A stretch of 62,501 bases of DNA, filler included, from Rhabdomonas costata (Eukaryota): NCBI GenBank assembly GCA_019059605.1. It is 32 parts of 32 records of this genome, joined end to end, with 100 filler letters (N's around TTAATTAATTAA, not from the genome) between each part and the next. Parts side by side here need not be neighbours in the genome. Positions count along the whole stretch, not along the records: positions 48,913 to 50,767 come from JAHMHO010008152.1; positions 50,868 to 52,722 come from JAHMHO010008153.1; positions 52,823 to 54,679 come from JAHMHO010008154.1; positions 54,780 to 56,634 come from JAHMHO010008155.1; positions 56,735 to 58,590 come from JAHMHO010008156.1; positions 58,691 to 60,546 come from JAHMHO010008157.1; 26 more parts are not named here. One strand, 5' to 3'. The position numbers were made by a program, and so were the translations under genes. The first letter of the stretch is position 1; each line of letters opens with the position of its first letter. This document shows, in pieces, positions 49,397-60,646 of the stretch. The notes under the pieces were generated by a model. That model was given only the letters and a program-made list of their open reading frames with translations. It was not told the origin of the DNA and did not search any database.

Positions 49397-50253
49397 CTCG
49401 ATCTTTTCCTGCTCCCGCTCATCCTTCGCACGGACCTCCTTTTCCTTCTGAGAAAGAGAGATAGCAACAGCGTCCGGGATCCTCAATGGTAGAATCAACA
49501 ACAAAATACGGCGTGCCCGCACAAACGGGGTGTCAAACGCCAGATCTCTCTCTCTCTCTCAGCACTCAGCGCCTAGCGGGCTCGACCACCCAGCCCCGCC
49601 CACACGCCGCTATCCAAGTCCCACCGCCTCCAATGGCAACTAATGGTATCCCTATACCCACATCGATGCTAACATGCCCTCACTCCAGGGAGCACAGGGA
49701 GCCCCTTAATCTCTCACTTCCATTAGTCCCACAATGTATCTGTGGGAATTTCTGAATTTCTCAAGCGCCAAATTGACCATCGCACTCACAGAGCGCTTGG
49801 GCAACTTATGCACCCCGCTGGCCTTCAAGTTTTTATAGGGGAATTGCCTTCACCTTCACGCGCGAGATCGGCGTATTAGAAAATTCATGAATGGATTCGA
49901 GAGGATTACGTGCCTGACGGTATCTGTACCGGTGCCTTTCCTTTCCACCCAACTCGCGATTGACCGGGGGCGAAACTTGAGATGACGGTCTGGAAGGCTC
50001 ACACAGAGGCACACACAGAGGCATGGCAATCACACAAAGGCACACACAGAGGCATGGCAATCACACAAAGGCAGACTCAAGAACAGACCATCTGCATCTT
50101 TTGGAACTCCAGGAGGCGGACGTTCTTGTCACGGCGGGCCTGCTTGCTCTCGAGGTCCTCGATCAGCATCTGCTCCGAGGCCGCAACCCATTGCTGGCGG
50201 TACTCCGCGGCCTCACGGTCGTTCTGTTCCTTCCGACGCTGCTTCGCCTCGAG
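49397..50253 (-). CDS. Charged coiled-coil protein (trichohyalin-plectin-homology-like, probably axonemal), 2 exons
   Basis: Phase-0 exons 50253-50089 (LEAKQRRKEQNDREAAEYRQQW...LLEFQKMQM) and 49447-49397 (KEKEVRAKDEREQEKIE). Confidence 0.65.
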
Positions 50254-50699
50254 CTGAACATCGCCCCCAATTCACTCATGCTGCATACACCTCCGTCGCG
50301 CTGGTGGTTCACATTCGAAAATTCCAGCATCAATAACTTCTCGGTTCCAGTCAAGAAAACAATGCGGGGGAAAACCTCAGGTTTTGCATGCATGGGTGCT
50401 GAGACCAGTCCAGGTCCTTCTCGATCACTCCCGCTGGGGAAAAGTTTTCAGATCACATTTCTATGGGGCACCTTTCTCGAGCGCTTTTCCGAGAGCTCGA
50501 GAGCTTATCGATCGACTTCCATTTCACCAACCATGGCACGGTACAGCAATTTCGAGCGCGATCTGAGGAGCATTAAGTACATTCAAATTGTCGAATGCAA
50601 AGAAAACTGGGAAAAGCCAGGGCGCGTTCTGCATCTTCATCGCATAGCCCCAGAAGTGAAGATCAGAAGATCAGAAAGCTCGGCCCGTTATACGGAATA

Positions 50700-50762
50700 T
50701 GTGGCGTATACCGACGATATACGTATAAGGCCGTTATACGTATATCGTCGGTATACGCCACA
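50700..50762. repeat. 29-bp perfect inverted repeat at the contig end
   Basis: tgtggcgtataccgacgatatacgtataa / ttatacgtatatcgtcggtatacgccaca with a 5-nt loop. Confidence 0.95.
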
Positions 50763-51413
50763 ACCACNNNNNNNNNNNNNNNNNNNNNNNNNNNNNNNNN
50801 NNNNNNNNNNNTTAATTAATTAANNNNNNNNNNNNNNNNNNNNNNNNNNNNNNNNNNNNNNNNNNNNGTGTGGGGGTACTGCAACATCTGCAATGGACCC
50901 CATGTGCGTGTGCACCCCATGAGCGGTGTGACCGTCTGGACCTGGACATTCAGTACTGCTTTTCTTACTCACAGTCATTTTTGTGATCGCAAGTAACAGA
51001 AACAGTACTGAAATGATAATAAAAAAATGAAAAAATAAATGAAAAAAAATCGGGGCGGGGTCAACATTCTGTACAAGGAGGCGACCCGGCTAGATCCTTC
51101 CTTTTACCCTTTAGGTTTTGTATGCGATCCAGTTTAATAATTCTGCCTCCGTTGCAACCCTGAGCAGAATTCCAGGCTTCTAAACCCGAGGAAACTGCGC
51201 GTTTCCCCCTTTGTATTGCAAGAGTATCCCAGTGTGCCCCTTTCTGCTACCAGTGTTTATCATGCAGTTCGACATGTTCTCCTGGATTTGTGCATGTTTT
51301 GCTGGAGATTTTTTCTTCTAATTTACGATAATTTTACCCTGAATTTCCCCTGTTTTCTGGGACTCCTTGGTGCCCTACAGACTTATTTTCCCATGAACTC
51401 ATCGTGGAACTAG

Positions 51414-52236
51414 GTACGATTGGGAAACTGACGTTGCAAATCCCGTGGACAAAACTGAGTAGCCAGCCTGTGGAGCTCACCGTGGATGGGCTGTGCCTCC
51501 TCCTTGGCCCACGGAAGGGTAAGCACGTGTTGTGTGGTGCCTCAACGAGTATGTGTTGCAAGCTGCGGGCAGCAAAAGCAACGCTTAAGCTTTCAGGAAG
51601 ATCTTCTTAATGGAGACCGGGTCTATGGACTCTTTCGTCCCCCTTCCCTTTACCGGCGCTTTTCACGCCGTGATTAACTTTTGCTGTTCATGAATAAGGT
51701 GCGCTACTCAACCATGCGCAAATGTTTCCATCACCTTACTCGTCTATTAGCTCACAGAACTCTTTCGTAGGCGAAGCCTTGGTCAAATGAGAGCAACTTG
51801 ACACAAGTGCAAGAAAAATGTTCTTCCCGGCACGTCATGCGACCGCGGAACCCCTTAGGCAGATTATTTTCTGTCGAAGGCCGGCGCCGCGGCGCCCAAG
51901 CCAGCCCCGGCGCAGCCTGAGCCAATCACCCTGAGCGCCATAGATTTTCCCTGGAATTTGCAACATAAGGACAGCACGGGCTATGGATAGCGGACGCCGC
52001 TTGCTGCGATAAACGAACAGAATGGTTCCCGAGTGCAAAGCGGTCTTGCTATTTCTCAGCGTGTCGATATGGTCGTTCCGCACGTTCCATTAGTCTTGGA
52101 TCCCGTGACTTTTTGTGGAGCTTTGAAATGAGAGTTGCTGCTTTGGTCATTTGTGTTACAGCGCGACCCTGGAATGAGGATTTGGAGGACGAGTACGAGC
52201 AGCGGCGCAAGACAAAGGCCCTGGAGGTTTTCGAAG
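51414..52236 (+). CDS. VPS13: VPS13 family protein, chorein-N region, 2 exons
   Basis: Exons 51414-51518 and 52162-52236: GTIGKLTLQIPWTKLSSQPVELTVDGLCLLLGPRK-ARPWNEDLEDEYEQRRKTKALE. Confidence 0.88.
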
Positions 52237-52836
52237 GTTTGACCATCCAATTACACTTGATTACTGGGTTGTTCGGTTGCGGCCTGATAAGGGGCTCTTG
52301 CCGTTTGGTACGCCATTGGTAGCATTGGAGTCTTAGCTTAAGTCTTATCTTGCTGTAATGGACTGCTACTTTTTCTTGACAGACACACATTCAGGATTCC
52401 TGCAGGCAACATTGGAGGGCCATTTCATGGCAAACGCTCTTTTCTCCAACTGCCAAAGAAGACAAGTTTATTCTGGGAAAGAGCCCTCAAAACAAACTAA
52501 CGAACAGAACAAAAACAGCAAATATTATATTATATTATTTCCTCGCTTTTGTCTCCCTTTAAGTTGGTGCGCAGCGCTGAGGAATTGAATTCTGCTGCGC
52601 ATCCTTCCCTCTTTCATTCTTCCTCCTTGCTTGCTGGTTTGTTCCTTTAGTGTTCTTCCTTCCCTCTATGATCAAACTACTTTGCAAATTTTATTTCTCA
52701 ATATCCGTCCCCCCACCCCCCCNNNNNNNNNNNNNNNNNNNNNNNNNNNNNNNNNNNNNNNNNNNNTTAATTAATTAANNNNNNNNNNNNNNNNNNNNNN
52801 NNNNNNNNNNNNNNNNNNNNNNGGTTGGAGAAGACC

Positions 52837-52929
52837 GCCCTCGCCGGCGCGAAGGCGGTCTTCTCCAAGCCCTACTTCAAGCATGGAGCGGAGGCGATCG
52901 CCAACCTGGCCCCGGCCCTCGTCCCCTGA
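52837..52929 (+). CDS. 3' end of an upstream GH26 gene copy
   Basis: ALAGAKAVFSKPYFKHGAEAIANLAPALVP*(TGA); 52835-52868 is identical to 54640-54673. Confidence 0.8.
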   Translation, partial: ALAGAKAVFSKPYFKHGAEAIANLAPALVP

Positions 52930-53781
52930 CGAAGGCCGGGGCGCCCGCCTTGACCTCTTTGCCCTCCAGGGCATTTATTTTAGGGGGGGGGGGTTATTTT
53001 TCTTCTCTTTTGCCATGTTGAACTGCACGGTTGGAAAAGGAATGGAGCTGCTAGGGGACTGCTGTAGGCACGTGTTTCTGCAAAGAAAGGACGTTTCATG
53101 ACGTGCGCCGATGCGCGTCGTGTGATTTAGGCTGCTGCACTGCCGTTTCCCCTTGCAGGGCCATAAGCGACCTCTGCGACTGCATTCTTTTGTCTGTCCG
53201 TGAGGAGATATGGCCCGCGTCACCTCAAAAGTAAGAGGTGACCGTAGAAAGTTAAAATCAGCTTGAAAGAATAAGCACAACCGATATGCACTGGAGACCA
53301 GTTTTTTCACCACCCGTTTTAGCTTCTAAGTCCGAAAACGCCTGATTTAGTGCACACTTTTGGAAGTTGTGCCTTTTTGAGGTGACGCGGGCAATATTTA
53401 GCGGTAGAAGGACGAAAACCGCAACTAAATCTCCCTCAAGAGGTGCTTTGGATTTTTGCTGACTGGGCTTTGGGGAGCCGCTGGAATTGTGCTGGCTGCT
53501 GCTTGGTTAGCCGTATTCGAATTGGGAGAAATGCAGGATTGTCAACGAGGCCAGTACCTTTTTCACCTGGATTGGAAAATGCATGGTAGCGATTTCAACG
53601 AAGTATTAAACGCTTTTTTTTTTGCGTGGCCGCTTCTTCGACCTGCGCCGAGCTGTTCTAACGGCCATTGGAGTACGATGCAAGGTTTTGTCGGAAATTT
53701 TTCTTGCAACATCACCACACACGTATAACGATTTTGATCAGAGCTGCTGTTCTCGGTTTTCCGTGCGCTTCTCCGCCATCA

Positions 53782-54679
53782 ATGGAAACCCACGACGCGG
53801 GGCATATCCTCCCTGAGCAGGCGGGCAACGCGGCGGCGCAGGAGGACGGGGCTTGGCTCGGCATCTTCACCGAGAAGGGCCCGGAGGACATGACCGAGAC
53901 GCTCGCGCTCAAAGAGGGCCTGGGCCTGGGCCGGGGCTTCGCCTCGCTCATGTGGTTCACCGACTTCGGCCATCCCTCCCGGCCAACGCCGCGGAGATAG
54001 CATGGGCCGCGGGCTCGGTGCCCAACGTGACCTGGGAGCCCTGGCTCTGGTCCGACAAAAAGCGGATCCACCTCGCCGACATCAACGCCGGGACCTGGGA
54101 CGCGTACATATCGGAGTGGGGCGCGGCGGCGGCTAAATTCGGCCATCCCCTCTTCGTGCGCTGGGGCCACGAGTTCAACGGCGACTGGTATCCGTGGAGC
54201 GTCGCGAAGAACGGGCAGGATCCGGCCACCTACGTGAAAGCCTACCAGAGGGTACACGACCTCGTCGTCGCGGCGGGGGCCTCCAACGTCGCCTGGGTCT
54301 GGAGCCCGAACGCGGGCACCTCGCCCCCGCTCGATTGGAACGATCCCCTCAGGGCCTATCCGGGCGGCGACTTTGTCGACTGGATTGCGCTGGACGGTTA
54401 CGACTTCGACGGCAACACCAGCTTCGCCAAAATCTTTGCCGAGATCTACGCCAAGGTGATCAGGAGCTTCGACAAGCCGATCTACGTCGGCGAGTTCGCG
54501 ACCTGCCGCAAGGAGGAGAAGAAGGCGGCCTGGCTCGAGGAGATGCGGACCGCCCTCCCCTCGCAGTTCCCCGGCATCAAGGGCCTGGTGTACTTCAGCG
54601 CCCTCAAGGAGCACGACTGGCGCCTGAACGACTCGGAGTCCGCCCTCGCCGGCGCGAAGGCGGTCTTCTCCAACCCCAC
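53782..54679 (+). CDS. Glycoside hydrolase family 26 (beta-mannanase-like), intronless, with a 1-nt frameshift near 53977
   Basis: VPNVTWEPW, FVRWGHEFNGDWYPW (acid/base Glu), WVWSPN, YPGGDFVDWIALDGY and KPIYVGEFA (nucleophile Glu). The N-terminal frame from ATG 53782 joins the main frame if one base is added at CATCCCTCCCGG. Confidence 0.93.
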
Positions 54680-54779
54680 NNNNNNNNNNNNNNNNNNNNN
54701 NNNNNNNNNNNNNNNNNNNNNNNTTAATTAATTAANNNNNNNNNNNNNNNNNNNNNNNNNNNNNNNNNNNNNNNNNNNN

Positions 54780-56634
54780 GTGTGGGGGGGGGTTTGTGCT
54801 GTCCAGGATGTTGATGTGCAGGGTGATGCTCAGGAGCACTTAGCAGCACTGAGACAATGTCGAGCAATGAGGCTTGCTGCATGAATGCAACGGAGAGTTG
54901 ACAGCTTCTGCAGCGCCATTTTGAATTTGACAATGAATTTCTCCAGGAAAGAACCAGTGAAGCCTGGGCTCCCTAAAGGCACTCCAAGTAGCTTAATCCC
55001 AGCAGACCAGGGGACAAACGGGATTTTCAGGTGAGGCAACTCCAACGAGGGGGCTTCTACAGCGAAGTATTGACTTTTCTGTAGTTTCAAGCCGACTGCT
55101 GCTTCTTCTCTCTTGATGACTTCAAGAGACTCATTGAGCCTGAGTGGGGACCCGCATTGTGAAGGTCGTCCAAATAGCTCTTCGTCCAGATGGAGAAAGG
55201 TGCAGCCTCCCTCAGAACACTGCATCGTCACCGAGAAAAACAACGGGCCACAGCGTCCCTTGTTGAGTTCCTGAAGCAGAGGAGATTACGAAGGAGTCCC
55301 CTCGTTGCTTGGCCGGCATACCATAGAAAAAGACAGCGTAGTTGTAGAAGTCTGGGCACATCTCTTTAATTCCTGGAAGGATTACCTGGCGCTTGAATGA
55401 ATTAAAGGCGTTTGTGAAAACCAACACCAAAAAGACCCTCTTCACTGGCGCGGTAGTCAACCTGGAGAACAAGCAACACGCCTTGCACCCAGTCCCCCAC
55501 AGGTGGCATTGATCGGGAAATAACCTTCGAGCCTGAAGACGTGTCCTTCCGGCCTCCTCAACAGTCTGGCCAGGTTTTGCTCTGCCTTCGCTTCGGGGTC
55601 GTTCCCCTATTGTTGTCGCCTCCTTTGCGATGCTCGTTTTTGATCGGTATCCCCTGGATCTCAGCCGGATCTCAGCCGGATCTCAGGGGGGGCCCTGGGG
55701 GTGACGTTCGTCCGATCGCAATCAGGGAAACCCTGCGCCGATTGTCTGGAAAGTGTTTGGTGGCCCGTTTCAGCCAGAAGCTGTTCCGTCTCTTCTTCCA
55801 TGGCAACTGGGTGTCGGAGTGCCTGGAGCGGCGGAAGCCATCTTCCATCACACCCGGCAGTGGATGCTTTCCCCTGGGACCGGCCCAGAAACCTCGTTGA
55901 GGAGAAGCTTCGTAGTTTTCGAGAGCGCCCCATCCCACCGCACGTCGCACAGCCCGGATCAAAGCAGCGTCGTCAACCTCGTCCGTGGGCACCTGGTACC
56001 GCTTGCCCAGCGGGGCCGTTTTCCGAGCAGTGGCGGCACGGTATTCTTCAAGTAAGAGGGAAAACTGTTGCTTGCGCCAGTGCTCCAGTCGTTTGCGCAG
56101 CGTCGAAGTGACTTGGCGTGGGTCGAGACGGGGGAAGACAAGCAACAGGTAAGTGTTCTCGGTGATGGGGTTGAGGATGAGGTTGTCGAGCAAAGTGGAC
56201 AACTCTCGTCCGCCCATAGGCTCTGAATTTGCTTCGGAATGAAGCGAATGACTCCATGATACTCCAATAGGACCGGATCCCAGGAAGGCGGATTTTCCCT
56301 TTCTGCGGGAGATGGTGAGAAAGGTCTATTTCGCCGACGGCATTTAGCTGCCCTGGGGACGAGCAGAAGACATTGAGGGCAGACGACCCGCTCGAACTCA
56401 GCTAGAAACTCCGCTGGAAGGGTTTCCTCCGCTTGCAAATGAAAGCGCTCCAAATGATCGCTCAATGATTTCCACTGCTTCCAGCTCCTGTTTGTCCAGA
56501 GCGGACACTTGAAGAGCGGTCGGCTGGGGATACCACCAGAATCTGCATTTGCCGAACCTGAACCTGATTCGGAAGCCGCCGCACGACGATCCTCAGCATT
56601 CCCCCGGGCACCAACAGCCAGAGAACACACCCAC
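54780..56634 (-). mobile_element. Degenerate non-LTR retrotransposon, CRE/SLACS-like, with an internal inversion
   Basis: Minus strand has a C2H2-like finger, RFIP, ALSKTTKLL, FTNAFN, SGTQQG and IKLLGVPLG. The RT segment VRPIAIRETLRRL..KC...QLGVGVPGAAEAIFH lies on the plus strand (~55452-55874). Multiple frameshifts. Confidence 0.85.
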
Positions 56635-58524
56635 NNNNNNNNNNNNNNNNNNNNNNNNNNNNNNNNNNNNNNNNNNNNTTAATTAATTAANNNNNNNNNN
56701 NNNNNNNNNNNNNNNNNNNNNNNNNNNNNNNNNNGGGTTTTGGTGATAAACCGCGTGATATATATTGCAAACCTGAGCGTAAAGGGCATTACAAAAGCAC
56801 TGACAGCAACCATATCCAGAGGTTTGTTCAACTGAGTGTGAGTGGGCAGGGAGGGGGACGGAGGAAAGCACTGAATTCGAGGGGTGAAGCAATGCGCGAG
56901 TGTGTAGAAGAGTTGCGTGACCCTCAGCGTCTGAGTGTGTGACAAAATGGCTTCTCTTTCGACCAATCCCATTCGATTTTTACTCTGGCTGGTCAACTGA
57001 ACACATCGCAGTGTTAATCAAACAAACATCGCAGTGTTCAGTCCTTCTGTCCCTGTCCGAAAACACACGCACACACACATACACACAGACCCATCGAGAC
57101 TTAGTACAGGATGACAAGACAAGGAGCCAAATCAACCACCCCAAACCATATCAAACATTATGAATTCCCCAACTGAACGCGTACACTGTACGCAGAACCT
57201 CTGTATCGAACTCTTCGCACTCCAAAAGAAGAGCGGCGACAAAAAAAATAAAGCACGCGTCCAAGCGAAGGGGCAACGGGAGGACGCAGACCAGAATCAA
57301 CCCACGGAAAAGCGCTGAAGAGAAAAAGAGGGGGAAACAGCAAAGAGGCTTCCATGACAGGGCAAAACCAATGCCACTGCACATAGCCCCCCAAACAAAG
57401 CAAACAACTGTGGAAACAACAACAGAGGGGAGTGTCATTGGGGGATCACCGCGTGCTCCGTGCGCGCGGTTAATTCTGGCAGGGGAGCCCGCACACAGCA
57501 GCGGCGGCTGGGGCAATTACACGGAGGAGTAGGGGTTGTCTCAGGGAGTATGCGCAGCATGGGAAGCCTGTCTCCAAGATTCACCGCCTGCGCGAAACAA
57601 GAGGCACACCATTTGTCGCCATGATACAAAATGTATGGGAGAATGCTCGACGAAAGCTCGAAGGAAACGTGTGGAATAAGCAAAGGCACAGCAAAACACG
57701 AACCACGGTTGTGGAGGCTGTCGCGTACTTTTCACAAGAGAGTGTTCTCCAGCATCGTGGCCCCATGAGACCAATATAAGATCCCTGCTGAATATTTTTG
57801 AAGGGGCTACATGGATTATGACTGTGGGTCATTTTGTTCGCTTTTTATCTGCTGCCTAACGGTCTCCAGGGTTCTGCTCACCCAGAATATCCTTTGCCTC
57901 CTCCGTTTGCTCCCCTTCCCAACAGATTTTTTCATTCTTTCCCCAAGACACAAAATTGACGCTTCCCCCCTTGGTGGCGAAAGCTAGCCCTTTTTTTTCG
58001 TGAAGATTCCGCTTCACTTGGGAGCAAACAGAAGTTTCCGAAGGAAACCACTTGTCTCAAACGGATTTGGCGAAACCCACTTCACGGCGAAACGAATTGA
58101 GGCCCTGACCGCCGCGCCGACCGACCAGTAAAAAAGAAGAAAAATCGTTGCTGGCACGCCGGCGTGCAGGTGGGCGGACGGTGCCCCCGCGTACAGTTCT
58201 TTCTCTTATCAGTACGCAGGCCTGCATAGGGCCAAAAAGGGCCCTTGCAAGCCTGTGTAAAGGAAAAAGAAGGGCTCAAAAATACCCCAAAACGCCCTGA
58301 AATGGCCTCTAGCGTGGCTCTAAACCGAAGCATTCCGGCCCACTCCGGTGCCAGCATGCAGTACTCCTGGGCTCTACCCTTAGGGATGCTAAGCAGGCCC
58401 GGCCGAAAGCTTAGGCTCAGTACCATACCACCAAATATGAGCCCCAACCTGTCACTCTAGCTCGAGTTCTGAGGTCAGTGTTAGGTCTCCGGTCCGGTCC
58501 GGTCCGGTCCGGTTGCGAGTGACC

Positions 58525-58568
58525 ATGGCGGATGTCACCCAGCGAATAGTGCGACGTTTTGGACTGAA
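58525..58568 (+). CDS. Probable first exon, CEP19-like (MADVTQRIVRRFGLK)
   Basis: ATG after a ttag acceptor and (GGTCC)n, followed by a gtatgt donor. RRFGLK recalls protist CEP19 N-termini, but the exon is very short. Confidence 0.35.
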
Positions 58569-58813
58569 GTATGTGGTCCTACCCCCCCCCNNNNNNNNNN
58601 NNNNNNNNNNNNNNNNNNNNNNNNNNNNNNNNNNTTAATTAATTAANNNNNNNNNNNNNNNNNNNNNNNNNNNNNNNNNNNNNNNNNNNNGGGTGGTTGG
58701 GTATAACGTGAGACTGCAGCCCGATGGCTTCATGTCGAGCAGTGGTCAACGCCGAAGGAGAAATCCATCAAAAAAAAAAGGCGCAATAGTTGAGGAGCCC
58801 TCGGCACCCACAC

Positions 58814-59399
58814 CAACTCCTCCGTCTCGAAGTGCTCGATAGAGTAGGCCAGCAGCCCGTTCATTGCCTTCTGCAAGGCACTAGGGGGTTTGTTCTCGAC
58901 GACCATCAGCCGAACTTGTTCAAGCAGAGCAAGCAGGTTACGATGCTAAGGGAAAGAATAACCCCACAGTGAGGTGCTTCCTTTGACTGCCTTTGACTAA
59001 ACAAGTTTGAAAAGCTTTCCAGGATCTTCAAGGATAGAAGCCTCGTGGGCGCAAGAAAAGCATGTGATGAGATGAGATGAGATGAGATGCTCTGGTTCCG
59101 CTTCTGTGTGTCAACCAACAATGTGGTCCCAAGGCAAAGAGAAGTGTGGTTGACTGACTGAACTGAGCCGAGAACCCAAAAAAAGCACCGTCGGATAACA
59201 CCAAGAAACGCATTTCGCTCCAGTGGCTCCTCGAGCTGTGGAAATGTCCAAAAAAAAAGTATGCCTGGGAATCAATCAAGGGAATCCCCAATGCAAACGA
59301 ATCCGACCACTTAACAGGGTTAGAAATCCACGGCTCCTCATCAGTCGAAAAGGGCTGCACGGCATCCACAGACGAAGATTGAGTCGCAGCCAAAGGCAT
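58814..59399 (-). CDS. Hemerythrin-domain protein, 2 exons joined by a GC-AG intron
   Basis: Exons 59399-59265 and 58945-58814: VKWSDSFALGIPLIDSQ|HRNLLALLEQV...MNGLLAYSIEHFETEEL, showing W.D....G...ID.QH and HF..EE di-iron motifs. Confidence 0.9.
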
Positions 59400-60646
59400 C
59401 TCGGACTAGCCCCCCAAAAAGGCAACAAAGGGAAGACGCTTGACAAAAACCGAGATGGGAGTTGGTAGCACAAGTCTGATTCTGTGAACGCGCTAAGTAA
59501 AATTTTCGTGGTATGCCACTGGTTCTGTGGACGCCAATGTACCAAATTGTACTGACTGTACCAGCGCTGAACATTTTTCATTGCAGTGTCAGTACCTGCC
59601 CAAATTTTGCACGTCCCTTCCCCCGGGCAGGTTCAGATGCCTCGACTACATTGACCAGACCATATAACCCCTGAGGTATGAGGGTATGAGAGGTTCATAA
59701 ACAACAAAAACGTGACTGCTATGTCCATGAAAATTTACTAATAGTGTTATTCTCTCACCCACGATCTCTTCTTTTTGCTTGAACGCTATTCTTTCCTGCA
59801 TCCCATTACTTCAGAGCCTGGAGGGAATAATCCCCTCAAGCCAGCCAAAGTTAGTTGCTAAATATTCCAGCTGTTAGAGCAAATGAATACATAAAATTGA
59901 CATTGCTGAAAAAATTCCAGTTCTTGGAAGAGTTGCACATGACCTTAACAAACCTCCGCCCAAGACGCTTCACATCAACCATTTGCCTTCCGGGAAACAC
60001 CCAAAACGGGGCACTTAAAAAACCTCACAAATCGGTACCTCACGCTGCACCGAAGTTCATGGAAACCAACAAAAAGCAGCGCCGGCCTAAAAGCTCAGCG
60101 GTACCAAAACCCGCACTTTTCAGCTCGTGGGCTGCAGCTAGCAGCCAACAGGGGGTCACGGAAACGTGCGGGCGGACGTGGGGAAGAAAACCCCACCGCC
60201 ACCAGCACCAGCACCAGCAGCACGAGAGGATGGGCTTGCCGCAGCTTGCCACAGCCAAAGAGCGCAGCGAGCGAGACAGGCGTGGGCGGTGAAGCAACCG
60301 CCTGCACGGAAGAGCACGGCTGTACAAAACATCACAACACGGCAGTCCATCCAGGACCCTCATCACGTTACCTTTTTTTTTGCCAGTTTGTCCGCCACAA
60401 AAAAAACATACAGGGAGACCACATGTGTGCGTCGGTGATGACGGGTGGTGGTGGCGCGGGCGGGCAACGACCACTGCGGGTCGATTTGTGGACGTGGCCC
60501 CTGGGTGAGAACGACCTCAGCGGGCCGGGTTTGGTGGGTTTCCCCGNNNNNNNNNNNNNNNNNNNNNNNNNNNNNNNNNNNNNNNNNNNNTTAATTAATT
60601 AANNNNNNNNNNNNNNNNNNNNNNNNNNNNNNNNNNNNNNNNNNNN

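Noticed and set aside
50472-50562. Possible minus-strand exon SRSKLLYRAMVGEMEVDR*ALELSEKRSRK with an in-frame TAA as second evidence of stop recoding
   Set aside because: It has AG/GT boundaries but no homology anchor, and the sequence is rich in short palindromes; I cannot show it is coding.
53971-53982. Programmed frameshift or U-insertion editing in GH26
   Set aside because: There is no X XXY YYZ slippery heptamer, and U-insertion editing is mitochondrial; an error or dead copy is simpler.
53712-54614. 300-aa minus-strand ORF opposite GH26
   Set aside because: It is the antisense shadow of a high-GC3 gene; the same applies to shadows over ilvA, LRRC6 and the histidine kinase.
1856-60646. 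Regularly spaced TTAATTAATTAA motif as a CRISPR-like or biological repeat
   Set aside because: It is always embedded in 44+44 Ns and is a six-frame-stop linker used to concatenate contigs.
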